The notes beneath the pieces were generated by a model. That model did not search any database, was not told the DNA's origin, and saw only the letters and a program-made list of their open reading frames with translations. Of a stretch of DNA of 64,000 bases, positions 42,201-53,472 are shown one piece after another (position 1 is the first letter of the stretch; each line of letters opens with the position of its first letter). The DNA is from Botryllus schlosseri. Taxonomy: Eukaryota. Location: assembly GCA_051294905.1 (NCBI GenBank), contig CM119371.1, positions 18,974,001 through 19,038,000 on the forward strand, in the 5' to 3' direction. Both the position numbers and the translations under genes were made by a program.

Positions 42201-45200
42201 TGCACCCGGTATTCCCAGCCGGTCACCCATGCAAGTACTAACTGAGCCCAACGCCGCTTAACTTCCGAGATCAGACGAGATCGGGTGTATTCAACGTGGT
42301 ATGGTCGTAGGCGACAGTGGATACAATCTGTGCCGTTTTACGTGACATTTTTCGTTCATCTCAGGCGAAAAGTCGCCACGCTGCCAACGATGAGACGCCT
42401 GAAAAGCAGATTGTCTGATTGCGCCAAGGCACTTTCGGCCCAATAACTGGAAAGAAAAGTCTGCTAGCGGTCGAATATCATTGGCGTCCTGCTCTGTTCT
42501 TGTATCTGGTCAACAAACACACAAGTAAGCTCTCGCTGTCAAAGTAGTTATTTTATTGCACTTTTCGTCATGTGAAAACAGCACGAGATTTCGATATAAT
42601 GACAATGTGTTAGGCCTAGTATAACTACAAATTGAAATAAGCGGCGGCCAGCAAATGATGACATTCATAGTTGTACGTAGGCCTACGTGCGCATACAAAA
42701 CAGTTGCAAGCAAATTGATCGTGTTTGCGCGACAGAAATAGCCTTCTACACCCGGTATTCCCAGCCGGTCACCCATGCAAGTACTAACCGGGCCCAACGT
42801 TGCTTGACTTCCGAGATCGGACGAGATCGGGTATATTCAACGTGGTATGGTCGTAGGCAAGTGTGGTTACCAATTCTGACGTTTTATGTGACAATGTCCG
42901 TCGACAGCCGCCAGAAAAGCAGATTGTCTGATTGCGCTGGGGCATTTTCAACCCGTCTGCCAGCGTTCGAATATCGTTGGCATCCTGCTCTGTTCTTGTA
43001 TCTTGTGGACAAACACACAATTAAGCTCTCGCTGTCAGAGTAGTTATTTTATTGTACTTTCTGTCATGTCAAAACAGTACGAGAGTTTGATATAATGAAA
43101 ATGTGTTAGGGCGATTACAATTCCAAATTTCGCGCGATAGTTCATTTGAAAATAAAGCACAGCAATCGAATTGATCGAGTTTGTGCGGAAAAAAATGCAA
43201 AAGCCTACATGCACCCGGTATTCCCAGCCGGTCACCCATGCAAGTACTAACTGAGCCCAACGCCGCTTAACTTCCGAGATCAGACGAGATCGGGTGTATT
43301 CAACGTGGTATGGTCGTAGGCGACAGTGGATACAATCTGTGCCGTTTTACGTGACATTTTTCGTTCATCTCAGGCGAAAAGTCGCCTCGCTGCCAACGAT
43401 GAGACGCCTGAAAAGCAGATTGTCTGATTGCGCCAAGGCACTTTCGGCCCAATAACTGGAAAGAAAAGTCTGCTAGCGGTCGAATATCATTGGCGTCCTG
43501 CTCTGTTCTTGTATCTGGTCAACAAACACACAAGTAAGCTCTCGCTGTCAGAGTAGTTATTTTATTGCACTTTTCGTCATGTGAAAACAGCACGAGATTT
43601 CGATATAATGACAATGTGTTAGGCCTAGTATAACTACAAATTGAAATAAGCGGCGGCCAGCAAATGATGACATTTATAGTTGTACGTAGGCCTACGTGCG
43701 CATACAAAACAGTTGCAATCTAATTGATCGAGTTTGTGCGACAAAAATGCAAAAGCCGTCTACTACACACGGTATTCCCAGCCGGTCACCCATGCAAGTA
43801 CTAACCGGGCCCAACGTTTCTTGACTTCCGAGATCGGACGAGATCGGGTATATTCAACGTGGTATGGTCGTAGGCAAGTGTGGTTACCAATTCTGACGTT
43901 TTATGTGACAATGTCCGTCGACAGCCGCCAGAAAAGCAGATTGTCTGATTGCGCTGGGGCATTTTCAACCCGTCTGCCAGCGTTCGAATATCGTTGGCAT
44001 CCTGCTCTGTTCTTGTATCTTGTGGACAAACACACAATTAAGCTCTCGCTGTCAGAGTAGTTATTTTATTGTACTTTCTGTCATGTCAAAACAGTACGAG
44101 AGTTTGATATAATGAAAATGTGTTAGGGCGATTACAATTCCAAATTTCGCGCGATAGTTCATTTGAAAATAAAGCACAGCAATCGAATTGATCGAGTTTG
44201 TGCGGAAAAAAATGCAAAAGCCTACATGCACCCGGTATTCCCAGCCGGTCACCCATGCAAGTACTAACTGAGCCCAACGCCGCTTAACTTCCGAGATCAG
44301 ACGAGATCGGGTGTATTCAACGTGGTATGGTCGTAGGCGACAGTGGATACAATCTGTGCCGTTTTACGTGACATTTTTCGTTCATCTCAGGCGAAAAGTC
44401 GCCACGCTGCCAACGATGAGACGCCTGAAAAGCAGATTGTCTGATTGCGCCAAGGCACTTTCGGCCCAATAACTGGAAAGAAAAGTCTGCTAGCGGTCGA
44501 ATATCATTGGCGTCCTGCTCTGTTCTTGTATCTGGTCAACAAACACACAAGTAAGCTCTCGCTGTCAAAGTAGTTATTTTATTGCACTTTTCGTCATGTG
44601 AAAACAGCACGAGATTTCGATATAATGACAATGTGTTAGGCCTAGTATAACTACAAATTGAAATAAGCGGCGGCCAGCAAATGATGACATTCATAGTTGT
44701 ACGTAGGCCTACGTGCGCATACAAAACAGTTGCAAGCAAATTGATCGTGTTTGCGCGACAGAAATAGCCTTCTACACCCGGTATTCCCAGCCGGTCACCC
44801 ATGCAAGTACTAACCGGGCCCAACGTTGCTTGACTTCCGAGATCGGACGAGATCGGGTATATTCAACGTGGTATGGTCGTAGGCAAGTGTGGTTACCAAT
44901 TCTGACGTTTTATGTTGACAATTTCCGTCGCCATGCTGTCGACGAGACGCCAGAAAAGCAGATTGTCTGATTGCGCTGGGGCATTTTCAACCCGTCTGCC
45001 AGCGTTCGAATATCGTTGGCATCCTGCTCTGTTCTTGTATCTTGTGGACAAACACACAATTAAGCTCTCGCTGTCAGAGTAGTTATTTTATTGTACTTTC
45101 TGTCATGTCAAAACAGTACGAGAGTTTGATATAATGAAAATGTGTTAGGCCGATTACAATTCCAAATTTCGCGCGATAGTTCATTTGAAAATAAAGCACA

Positions 45201-46265
45201 GCAATCGAATTGATCGAGTTTGTGCGGAAAAAAATGCAAAAGCCTACATGCACCCGGTATTCCCAGCCGGTCACCCATGCAAGTACTAACTGAGCCCAAC
45301 GCCGCTTAACTTCCGAGATCAGACGAGATCGGGTGTATTCAACGTGGTATGGTCGTAGGCGACAGTGGATACAATCTGTGCCGTTTTACGTGACATTTTT
45401 CGTTCATCTCAGGCGAAAAGTCGCCACGCTGCCAACGATGAGACGCCTGAAAAGCAGATTGTCTGATTGCGCCAAGGCACTTTCGGTCCAATAACTGGAA
45501 AGAAAAGTATGCTAGCGGTCGAATATCATTGGCGTCCTGCTCTGTTCTTGTATCTGGTCAACAAACACACAAGTAAGCTCTCGCTGTCAGAGTAGTTATT
45601 TTATTGCACTTTTCGTCATGTGAAAACAGCACGAGATTTCGATATAATGACAATGTGTTAGGCCTAGTATAACTACAAATTGAAATAAGCGGCGGCCAGC
45701 AAATGATGACATTCATAGTTGTACGCAGGCCTACGTGCGCATACAAAACAGTTGCAAGCAAATTGATCGTGTTTGCGCGACAAAAATAGCCTTCTACACC
45801 CGGTATTCCCAGCCGGTCACCCATGCAAGTACTAACCGGGCCCAACGTTGCTTGACTTCCGAGATCGGACGAGATCTGGTATATTCAACGTGGTATGGTC
45901 GTAGGCAAGTGTGGTTACCAATTCTGACGTTTTATGTTGACAATTTCCGTCGCCATGCTGTCGACGAGACGCCAGAAAAGCAGATTGTCTGATTGCGCTG
46001 GGGCATTTTCAACCCGTCTGCCAGCGTTCGAATATCGTTGGCATCCTGCTCTGTTCTTGTATCTTGTGGACAAACACACAATTAAGCTCTCGCTGTCAGA
46101 GTAGTTATTTTATTGTACTTTCTGTCATGTCAAAACAGTACGAGAGTTTGATATAATGAAAATGTGTTAGGCCGATTACAATTCCAAATTTCGCGCGATA
46201 GTTCATTTGAAAATAAAGCACAGCAATCGAATTGATCGAGTTTGTGCGGAAAAAAAAATGCAAAA

Positions 46266-46274
46266 GCCTACATG
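46266..46274 (-). pseudogene. 3'-terminal 9 nt of a type A 5S gene cut by the Polinton
   Basis: Normal type A 3' flank and aaaa-gcctacatg, then an abrupt switch to agtagt instead of cacccgg. Confidence 0.88.
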
Positions 46275-46560
46275 AGTAGTGTATTCGATCGCTCTGGGGG
46301 TGGCAGGGGCTCTTATGGGCGGGGTGGTGACGGGCTGGAAAACCGGGGGTGGTGAGCGGCTCTTATTTCTTATGGCGGGGGTGGTGAGCGGCTATTGCGT
46401 CTTATGGCGGGGGTGGTGAGCGGCTCTTATTTCTTATGGCGGGGGTGGCGAGCGGCTGGAAAACCGGGGGTGGCGAGCGGCTCTTATTTCTTATGGCGGG
46501 GGTGGCGAGCTAACGTTTTCGTCTTATGGCGGGGGTGGCGAGCGGCTATTGCGTCTTGTG
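46275..46560 (+). repeat. Polinton terminal region (probable TIR) with ~9 G-rich subrepeats
   Basis: Starts with AGTAGT. Core GGGGGTGG(T/C)GAGCGGC recurs every 25-33 bp. The partner TIR is not visible, so TIR length is unknown. Confidence 0.8.
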
Positions 46561-47121
46561 GTCGAACGGTAACCCTTTTCAGTATAGACTGCGGTCGCAA
46601 GCGGCTTCGTTGTTGGCATGTCGTACTTCGTGTTGAATATGTATCAAGTAAATAGTCATGTGAATGAACCTTTGTTAATGTGTATATCGTCGTGTATTAT
46701 TACACGGTCTCTACTGATTCACCATGTGTTCTTATGGATGCGTTCGTGATTCGCACTTTCAACCATCTCTCGCGTGGTGTTGAATAGTCACCAACAATAA
46801 CCGCGCAAACGGAAACGTGGCTTGCAAGAGGATTAAGCAGTGCGACCTATATTTCGAATGACCTGCGCGCAGAATTGTTTCACGGCCAACCGCTACTATC
46901 GAATATTACACTAGACCAGTCAGTGCGAAATAGTTTGATCGTAAATTATGATATATGATGTCGTAGTTTAGTCGTGTCAAATGACCGATCGTGTTCTCTT
47001 TCCTCGCTATTGATTGCTAGCTGAATAATACTTTCGGATTATTCCGCTGTTTCGCGCCTACAGAATAGTCTGCTGTTCACAGTCACAACAAGAATCACAA
47101 GTATACACATTTACACATTCG

Positions 47122-47127
47122 TTTATT
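47122..47127 (-). terminator. Polyadenylation signal closing the Polinton structural gene cluster
   Basis: AATAAA overlapping the protease stop codon, followed by a GT-rich tract on the minus strand. Confidence 0.6.
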
Positions 47128-47569
47128 ACTCTGAAATCAAACTCTTCACAAAAGCACGTACAATCGTATCATTCACTTTTTTATCATCGCCAAAATTATC
47201 CAAGTATTCCTCGGTTGAAAACCCTTGAGCTCTTTTTATCAAGAATGCGATAGCATGATCTCCACACACATTCGAAGTTTTACTCTGTAACTGTTTGCCA
47301 GTCACAGAAAATTCATCCGGCTCCAGGAATTCGATTATCTGAGGTTTTAGTGGTCCGAAGCCTAGCGAATCATGAAAATGAGTATCGTCATCTCTGTATA
47401 TAGACACCCAGTGAGACCCAGGCAAACTCGACTCATCGTAATTAATGGTGATAGCGAATTTTCCGCTAGTTGGTTTCTTCGGTAACTGATCTACTGGATA
47501 AGTTCCTAGATATAGACTTTGTGTGTCAGGATGGTTATAGAGAATATCATTGATCTCAGACGTATTCAT
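47126..47569 (-). CDS. Adenain-like (C5) cysteine protease
   Basis: GSHW, HDSLG, LQ and VCGDH motifs. The likely start MNTSEI overlaps the MCP stop (ATGA). Confidence 0.9.
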   Translation of the reverse strand: MNTSEINDILYNHPDTQSLYLGTYPVDQLPKKPTSGKFAITINYDESSLPGSHWVSIYRDDDTHFHDSLGFGPLKPQIIEFLEPDEFSVTGKQLQSKTSNVCGDHAIAFLIKRAQGFSTEEYLDNFGDDKKVNDTIVRAFVKSLISE

Positions 47570-48530
47570 ATTTCGACGACTTGTCTTTTTTGATTCAGCT
47601 GTAGAAGATGTTGAAACTCCTTCAAACATAACAAGGTTACGGAGGTTGGTAAAGGCTTCGACGTAGTCAAAACCAGATGCACAGTTCCCGTCTTATGAAG
47701 TTGATAACATCCCAAACTATTATCAGGTGTCAAATCAAACACAAAAAGAGTGTACCCCTTGACATAATCTTCGCGAGAAATATTCAAAGGTGCCTCGGAT
47801 TCCCAGCGACCTGTCTGAGAGAATAGTGTCATATAACCTTCGAGTCCGCCATGTTTATCAAAATCGAAATGAAATTCGCGTCCGTTAATTTGTCGCCCGT
47901 CCACACTTAACGAAAGATTTTGAACATCAAAGTGTTTAAAGTTGAATGGATTTTTGGCTCGAACACCGTTAAATGTCGTGGTCTCGACTAAACCAATTAC
48001 GATCTTCTTTGGCATGGTGCCGCTAACTAACTCTCTATCAATTTTCGACAAGCCCGCCGCGAATGTATGAGTCGACATTTGTAAGCGTATCCAGGGGTAC
48101 TTGGCAGTATTCTTCTGTAATACAGACTTGTGTGCTAAGCTTACACTTTCAGCGATCTTCATCTGTTTGACATACACCTCCATTTCGAGTAAAACAATTT
48201 GTACATCTTCCACATCACCAAGCAGACAGAAATTATCTTCGTTACGTGTAAATTTTAATTTCATGTCGACATTATCCAACATACATCTAGACTGTTCAAA
48301 AAGACCCATTCGAATTTTTCCGATCAACTCTAGCGGAGTGCTGTTTTTTGTAAGGTCTTTTCGTTTAACATATCCAGTATTCGCTGCACCAAGAACATCC
48401 ATAGATCCAGCGACATCTTTATAAAAACCTTGGCCTTGCACAAAACTCTCCGAGGCCCCGTGAGTATCATTCAACAACCGAGAGATATAAGCTTTGTACG
48501 CATGACAATTATCCGAATTTGTGATAACCT
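47566..48530 (-). pseudogene. Polinton major capsid protein (PY), 3' part
   Basis: AYKAYISRLLN, KNPFNFKHF and GYTLFVFDLTPD motifs. Joins the 5' part in frame when the Gypsy element is removed. Confidence 0.9.
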
Positions 48531-48843
48531 TATAGCGTGCTCTGTCGTGGGCGCGCGTTCTTCTTGGTCCGCGGCTCGATAAGTCAAAGTAGACAAGTCA
48601 GCATTGCTCTTTTAATAAAACAACTAAAACATGACGATGCTCGTCCGACGGATACTAAAAGACGACTGGCTCGGACGGTGACTAAAAGCGACTGACCCGG
48701 ACGGTGACTAAAAGCGACTGACCCGGACGGTGACTAAAAGCGACTGCTCGTAAAAAGAGTACAACACAAGACCTAGCCTAGCAGTAACATAATCAGTGAT
48801 CAGCGGGGATAATTACAGGTTAATCATGGAGCGGTACGCTACA
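48531..48843 (-). repeat. 3' LTR
   Basis: Direct repeat of 53484-53796. Ends TGTAGCG...CGCTATA; contains a 26-bp repeat x3 (48672-48746). Confidence 0.95.
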
Positions 48844-49170
48844 AGGGCCCCCCTGGTTGGTAAAAGCTTTAGGATATAATATGGACACTACATCAGTCGG
48901 CGATTCAAGTATATATACGAATGAAGGACGCTACCAGACATGGTAGTGATTACAGATTAGGTTTCGAATACGAGTTCAATTCTAATGGTATAACGAAAGC
49001 AAGGTGGGTGTGGTGGTGAAACTATAACGGCAGAATGATTCGTTCAGCGATAAAGATGCACTTTACAATGTGAAAATCTCGATGAGACAAGATTTCTAGA
49101 ACATACAGGAGATGAAAAAGCCTGTTGCGAAAAAATACAAGCGATGGTGGTAAAGTGAATGAGTAACACA

Positions 49171-50350
49171 CTAAATATCCATTTTAAATACTGGTGACAA
49201 CACAAAATCATTCAAGTGATGTGGAGTACGAATAATACGGCCACTGGCCGACACAGAGTTTGTTCGCGAAGTGTCAACTTGCGGTGGCGTCAATTCGTCG
49301 AGACGCTCGATGGGAAGTCTGCCAGGTATAAGCCTGTCGGTTGAGGCGTCATAAGGACCCTTATTCGTTAGAATTGTGAAACATTTATGAGTGCGTTTTA
49401 AAACTTGATGCGGACCAGAATAAACCGGATCGAGTGATCTACGATGACCATCTATCCGCAAGAAAACGTGCGTGCAATTATTCAAATCGTTCGGGACATA
49501 AGATTTTTGATTCGAATGAAACCTAGTCGGCATCTCACCCACGGCTGAGAAAAAGCGTTTCAATTCACCAACGTAGTTGAAATCATTAGCGTTATTACCA
49601 CTGGAAGAAGGATTGACTAATTGACCGGGTAGTCGAAGGGAAGTGCCATACACAAGCTCTGCTGGTGAATAACCGAGATCTTCCTTGACAGAACATCGAA
49701 GCCCTAAAACAATTAAGCCTAAGTGATGATACCAATTATGAGGACTTTCTAATGCGCGGAGGGAGGCTTTCAAAGTTCTGTTATAGCGTTCGACAAGAGA
49801 ATTTTGCTCCGGCTTATACGCCAAGGTTTTGATGTGGAAAATACCCAAGAATTGCATATACTGAGTCCATTCAAGCGAGGTAAACTGACTTCCTCGGTCG
49901 GTTATTATTTTACGGGGTGAGCCGAAATTTGACACCCAGCCAAAACTAAACGCATCAATAACAGTTTGAGCACGAATGTCCATCATGGGAACACATACAG
50001 GCCAGCGAGTATAGCGATCAACACACATCAAAATATACGAGTAACCGCAACTATTCGGGAGTGACAATATGTCGACGTTAACCGTATGAAAGCGTTCGGA
50101 AGGGACGGGAAGATTGGTAATTGCAGTTCGAGTATGCCTATGAATCTTCGATCGTTGACACTGCTGACAATGACGGACGAAATCGTTCACATGTCGTTTC
50201 ATGCCAGGCCATACATAACGTTCAGCTATCAATTTAGTGGTCGCGCGTATACCGGGGTGCGAAATATCATGCACACTGTGCATTACAGTCTCTCGAAGTG
50301 CCGCAGGAACGTAGGGACGTTCTCTACCAGGCAAAGACTTGTCGAAGATG
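49171..50350 (-). CDS. Gypsy integrase (frameshifted from the rest of pol)
   Basis: HHCC finger (HDISH...CQQC), DDE (VDI, TDRGSQF, VERYNRTLK), GPY-like YSGPH. Confidence 0.88.
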
Positions 50351-52289
50351 ATATAGGATCGTTGAACTCTTCGAAATGTACTTCCGCGAGATGCAAGGAG
50401 TGGTCATCGGCGTTAGCGAGGAGTTCCTTGAGCTCTGCATCGTCTTTCTGGGCTTCTAGTAATGCTTCCGCTGTGATGGGAACAGTGTTCGGAAAAATCG
50501 CGTTCACCTCGAGTCTGGAGAGAGTATCCGCAGCCGTGTTCAGAGTCCCTTTGATGTGTCTAACGTCGTCGGTATATTCCGTGATAAATTCCAACTGTCT
50601 TGCTTGACGATCCAGAAGTCTGTCGGTTGGATTCCTTAACGATTTTACAAGGCCGTCATTATCGGTAATCAGTTGAAATTTCCTACCCTTTAGCTGGACA
50701 TGAAAATGCTTGATTGCTGAATAAGCCGCTAAAAGCTCGCGATCAAATGCGGAGTACTTGCGCTGTGTCGGGTTCAAGGTTTTCGAGAAGAATGCTAAGG
50801 GGGACCACGAATCATCAGATTTCTGTTGCAAAACAGCTCCAATTCCGACTTGACTAGCGTCTACCACGAGTGACAGTTCGGCATCATGAATCGGGTGGAA
50901 TAATATGACATTATCGGACAGTTCGGTCTTGATGCGTTCGAAAGCAGTGTTAGCACTGTCTGTCCATTTGACACGATCACGCTTATTCGATGCTGCATTG
51001 GCCACGTCATACAGTGGCTTCAAAATCTCGGCACACTTTTTGACAAAACGGTGGTAATAGCAGACTAGTCCAAGGAATGAACGTAGTTGTTTTACATTTT
51101 CAGGACGAGGATAGTTAGAGATCACTTCAACCTTTGAGGGCAAGGGACTAATTCCCCTTGCATTAACAAGGTGACCTAAAAATTCGATTTCTTCCTTACC
51201 GAAACTGCACTTATCGACATTTATGACCAGTCCGAACTTACGAAACCTTGAAAACAAATTCGTCAATGTTGCCATGTGCTCTTCCTCAGTACGAGTCGCA
51301 ATTAAAATGTCGTCTAAAAACACAAAAATATTGTCTAGTCCTTCGGTTACTTCAGATATAAAACGGCTAAAAGTACTACAAGCGTTGGTCAAGCCGAACA
51401 TCATCGTCGTTGGTTGGAATAGTCCTTCGGGACAAATAAAAGCAGCCTTCTCTTGATCGTCTGGATGAAGAGGAATTTGATGGTACGCCTTCGCTAAGTC
51501 AACTTTGCTAAAAACATTACAGTTCGACAGTTCATCGGTAAAATCACGCAGAAATGGGACAGGCCATCGATCCTTGACCGTCTGATTGTTTAATTTCCTA
51601 TAGTCGACACAGATTCTAATATCATCTATGCCCTTTGGTACGACAGTAATGGGAGAGGCGAAAGGCGATTTTGAGCGAATGATTACACCGGACTTCAACA
51701 TCTCTTGCAATCGATTCTTCACCTTCTGTTTCAAATGGGGCGGCAATGGGCGACAGCGAGAACGAGTGGGACATCCGTTAGTAATAATTCGATGTACAGT
51801 ACCGTGCTTAGCTCGTACTGCTGCATTCCGTGGAATGGTAATGTCGTTGAATCTCGACAAAAGATCTACATATGGTGTATTGTGATCAGGCGCTATAAAG
51901 TTCAGCCCGCGAACTACTGGATTACACTTCCAGCCCGGAATGAAACCTCCTGAAACAGTATCAATCAGACAATTGCTCCTCAAATCAACGACGAGAGAAA
52001 ATCGCTCAATAAAATCAGCCCCCAATATGGCAATGTGTGTATCGGCAATATAGAATCGAAATCCATACTTGTGTCTATCGGAGAACTCGATCCGTAAATA
52101 TCTCGTTCCAAACGTCGCAATTTTTGATCCATTTGTAGCGTACAGATTTGGTCCTGGTTTATTCTTGAAAACGTTACTTGAAGTCGGTAGAACAGAAACG
52201 GATGCTCCTGTATCGACGAGGAAAATCTGCCCTGAAATCGAATCTCGCACATGCAATAAAGGGTTTTGACATTCAGAGTTGGCATTCAC
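50283..52289 (-). CDS. Gypsy pol: aspartic protease, reverse transcriptase, RNase H
   Basis: LVDTGA, RICVDYRKLN, DLAKAYHQI, MMFGL, FLDD, DAS, RELLA, TDN and ADTLSR motifs. Confidence 0.93.
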   Translation of the reverse strand: MNANSECQNPLLHVRDSISGQIFLVDTGASVSVLPTSSNVFKNKPGPNLYATNGSKIATFGTRYLRIEFSDRHKYGFRFYIADTHIAILGADFIERFSLVVDLRSNCLIDTVSGGFIPGWKCNPVVRGLNFIAPDHNTPYVDLLSRFNDITIPRNAAVRAKHGTVHRIITNGCPTRSRCRPLPPHLKQKVKNRLQEMLKSGVIIRSKSPFASPITVVPKGIDDIRICVDYRKLNNQTVKDRWPVPFLRDFTDELSNCNVFSKVDLAKAYHQIPLHPDDQEKAAFICPEGLFQPTTMMFGLTNACSTFSRFISEVTEGLDNIFVFLDDILIATRTEEEHMATLTNLFSRFRKFGLVINVDKCSFGKEEIEFLGHLVNARGISPLPSKVEVISNYPRPENVKQLRSFLGLVCYYHRFVKKCAEILKPLYDVANAASNKRDRVKWTDSANTAFERIKTELSDNVILFHPIHDAELSLVVDASQVGIGAVLQQKSDDSWSPLAFFSKTLNPTQRKYSAFDRELLAAYSAIKHFHVQLKGRKFQLITDNDGLVKSLRNPTDRLLDRQARQLEFITEYTDDVRHIKGTLNTAADTLSRLEVNAIFPNTVPITAEALLEAQKDDAELKELLANADDHSLHLAEVHFEEFNDPISSSTSLCLVENVPTFLRHFERL

Positions 52290-53251
52290 TGATGAAAATT
52301 GTTGCGATCCCTCACGAGGCCTCCGTCTAAAAAAGGGCGATTTGAAGAGTAGGAACAGGGTGGACGGCAGTTTCGAGCTCGATCACCGAATTTATCATGA
52401 TAAAAGCACAATTGATTCGTACCGCGCAGATGAGCAAATCGAGTTACCTCGCCACGTGTCTCTGAACGGTTTGACAGCGTCCGAAAAGCTGGTCGATCAC
52501 CTCTAAAAGGTTCACGGCGAGGAACGGTACTACGATTGAAATTGTGCGAGCTTTGTCCGCCCGATGCAGGTAAATCTCGTGCCGAAGGTATCGCCTTCAA
52601 TTCCCTGACCTCTCGAGCTATCGATTGAACAGTTAGTTGCAATTCATCTAATTGATTTGTGGGAGGATAACTGTAATGATTTGAAACCACACGAGGAGAA
52701 GCGCGAGTGTATATACTATCAGCTCTTAGGGCAAGCTGTTCCACGGTATCGTCTACATGTGACGACAATATCCCAGCAATATGATCTGGCAAATGGTGAA
52801 GGAACGTTTCCTTTAAATAACAGTCGGAACCTGGTGTGTTTGATAGAGCCCCCATTGCATTCCGCAATTTTTTCAGAAGTTCAGAGGGTTTTAAATCTCT
52901 ACAGCGATCACTATAAAGTTCCTTAACACGGTCTCGTAAGGGAACAGCGTACTCACGCATCAGAAGATCACGCAATACTTCGTAGCAGTCGTCGTCTTCT
53001 GGGGCAGGTAACTTCAATCGAATCGATTCGAGCTGCTTGCCGTCCAGACATCTCAGAACGTGAAAATACTTCGCCGCAGAGTCCGTAACCCCATAACTGA
53101 CAAATCCGGCTTCCACCGAAACAAACCACGACTCCGGCGAATGGGACCAGAAATTGACCACCGGTGGCGGCATCCTCGGGGCACCAGTGAAATTGGCCGA
53201 GCTGGCAATATCTTCCACCGATTGTTGTCGTCGTCGTCGTCGAGAAGACAT
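52286..53251 (-). CDS. Gypsy gag
   Basis: FWSHSPESWF N-terminal motif and CFYHDKFGDRARNCRPPC knuckle; lies between PBS and pol. Confidence 0.9.
   Translation of the reverse strand: MSSRRRRRQQSVEDIASSANFTGAPRMPPPVVNFWSHSPESWFVSVEAGFVSYGVTDSAAKYFHVLRCLDGKQLESIRLKLPAPEDDDCYEVLRDLLMREYAVPLRDRVKELYSDRCRDLKPSELLKKLRNAMGALSNTPGSDCYLKETFLHHLPDHIAGILSSHVDDTVEQLALRADSIYTRASPRVVSNHYSYPPTNQLDELQLTVQSIAREVRELKAIPSARDLPASGGQSSHNFNRSTVPRREPFRGDRPAFRTLSNRSETRGEVTRFAHLRGTNQLCFYHDKFGDRARNCRPPCSYSSNRPFLDGGLVRDRNNFHQ
52328..52334 (-). other. Putative -1 ribosomal frameshift heptamer U UUU UUA for gag-pol
   Basis: Gag frame reads CCT TTT TTA; the -1 frame is open from here into pol. Confidence 0.75.
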
Positions 53252-53323
53252 TTCAAATACAGCAGAGAGTGAGCAAGGGATTCGAGTCGGCTAGTGCAAG
53301 TCGGGTTCGAATCGGCTGGCGAT

Positions 53324-53472
53324 ATCACGTCGGCTAGGAAGGCTAGCGAAATCACGTCGGGGTTTCAAGTCGGCTGGCGAAATCACGTCGGCTAGGATGA
53401 CTAGCGAAATCACGTCGGCTAGGATAGCTAGCGAGATCACGTCGGCTAGGAAGGCTAGCGAGATCACGTCGG
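53324..53472. repeat. 27-bp tandem repeat in Gypsy leader, each unit containing ATCACGTCGG
   Basis: Copies at 53324, 53351, 53382, 53409, 53436 and 53463. Confidence 0.9.

Larger units (their letters stand above)
33661..46274 (-). repeat. Tandem 5S rDNA array 2: ~1.02-kb dimeric unit, 24 full genes (11 type A, 9 type B, 4 type C)
   Basis: Type A alternates with type B or C, with two different spacers. Period 1017-1023 bp. Confidence 0.93.

Noticed and set aside
3002..45992. About 100 repeated 62-118 aa ORFs (MCEKLQK..., MRIQNS..., MGPVST...)
   Set aside because: They overlap 5S genes or spacers, many use non-ATG starts, and one copy (unit 26100) has a stop. Their conservation is explained by the rDNA repeat.
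2647..46274. CRISPR-like array
   Set aside because: Spacers are near-identical, units are 460-550 bp, the context is eukaryotic and there are no cas genes.
46395..46655. 86-aa ORF in the Polinton terminus
   Set aside because: It is the translation of the G-rich tandem repeats.
48526..48530. 5-bp TSD aacct
   Set aside because: It would remove the terminal T of the LTR's TG start. The 4-bp TSD keeps the TGTAGCG/CGCTATA inverted ends symmetric.
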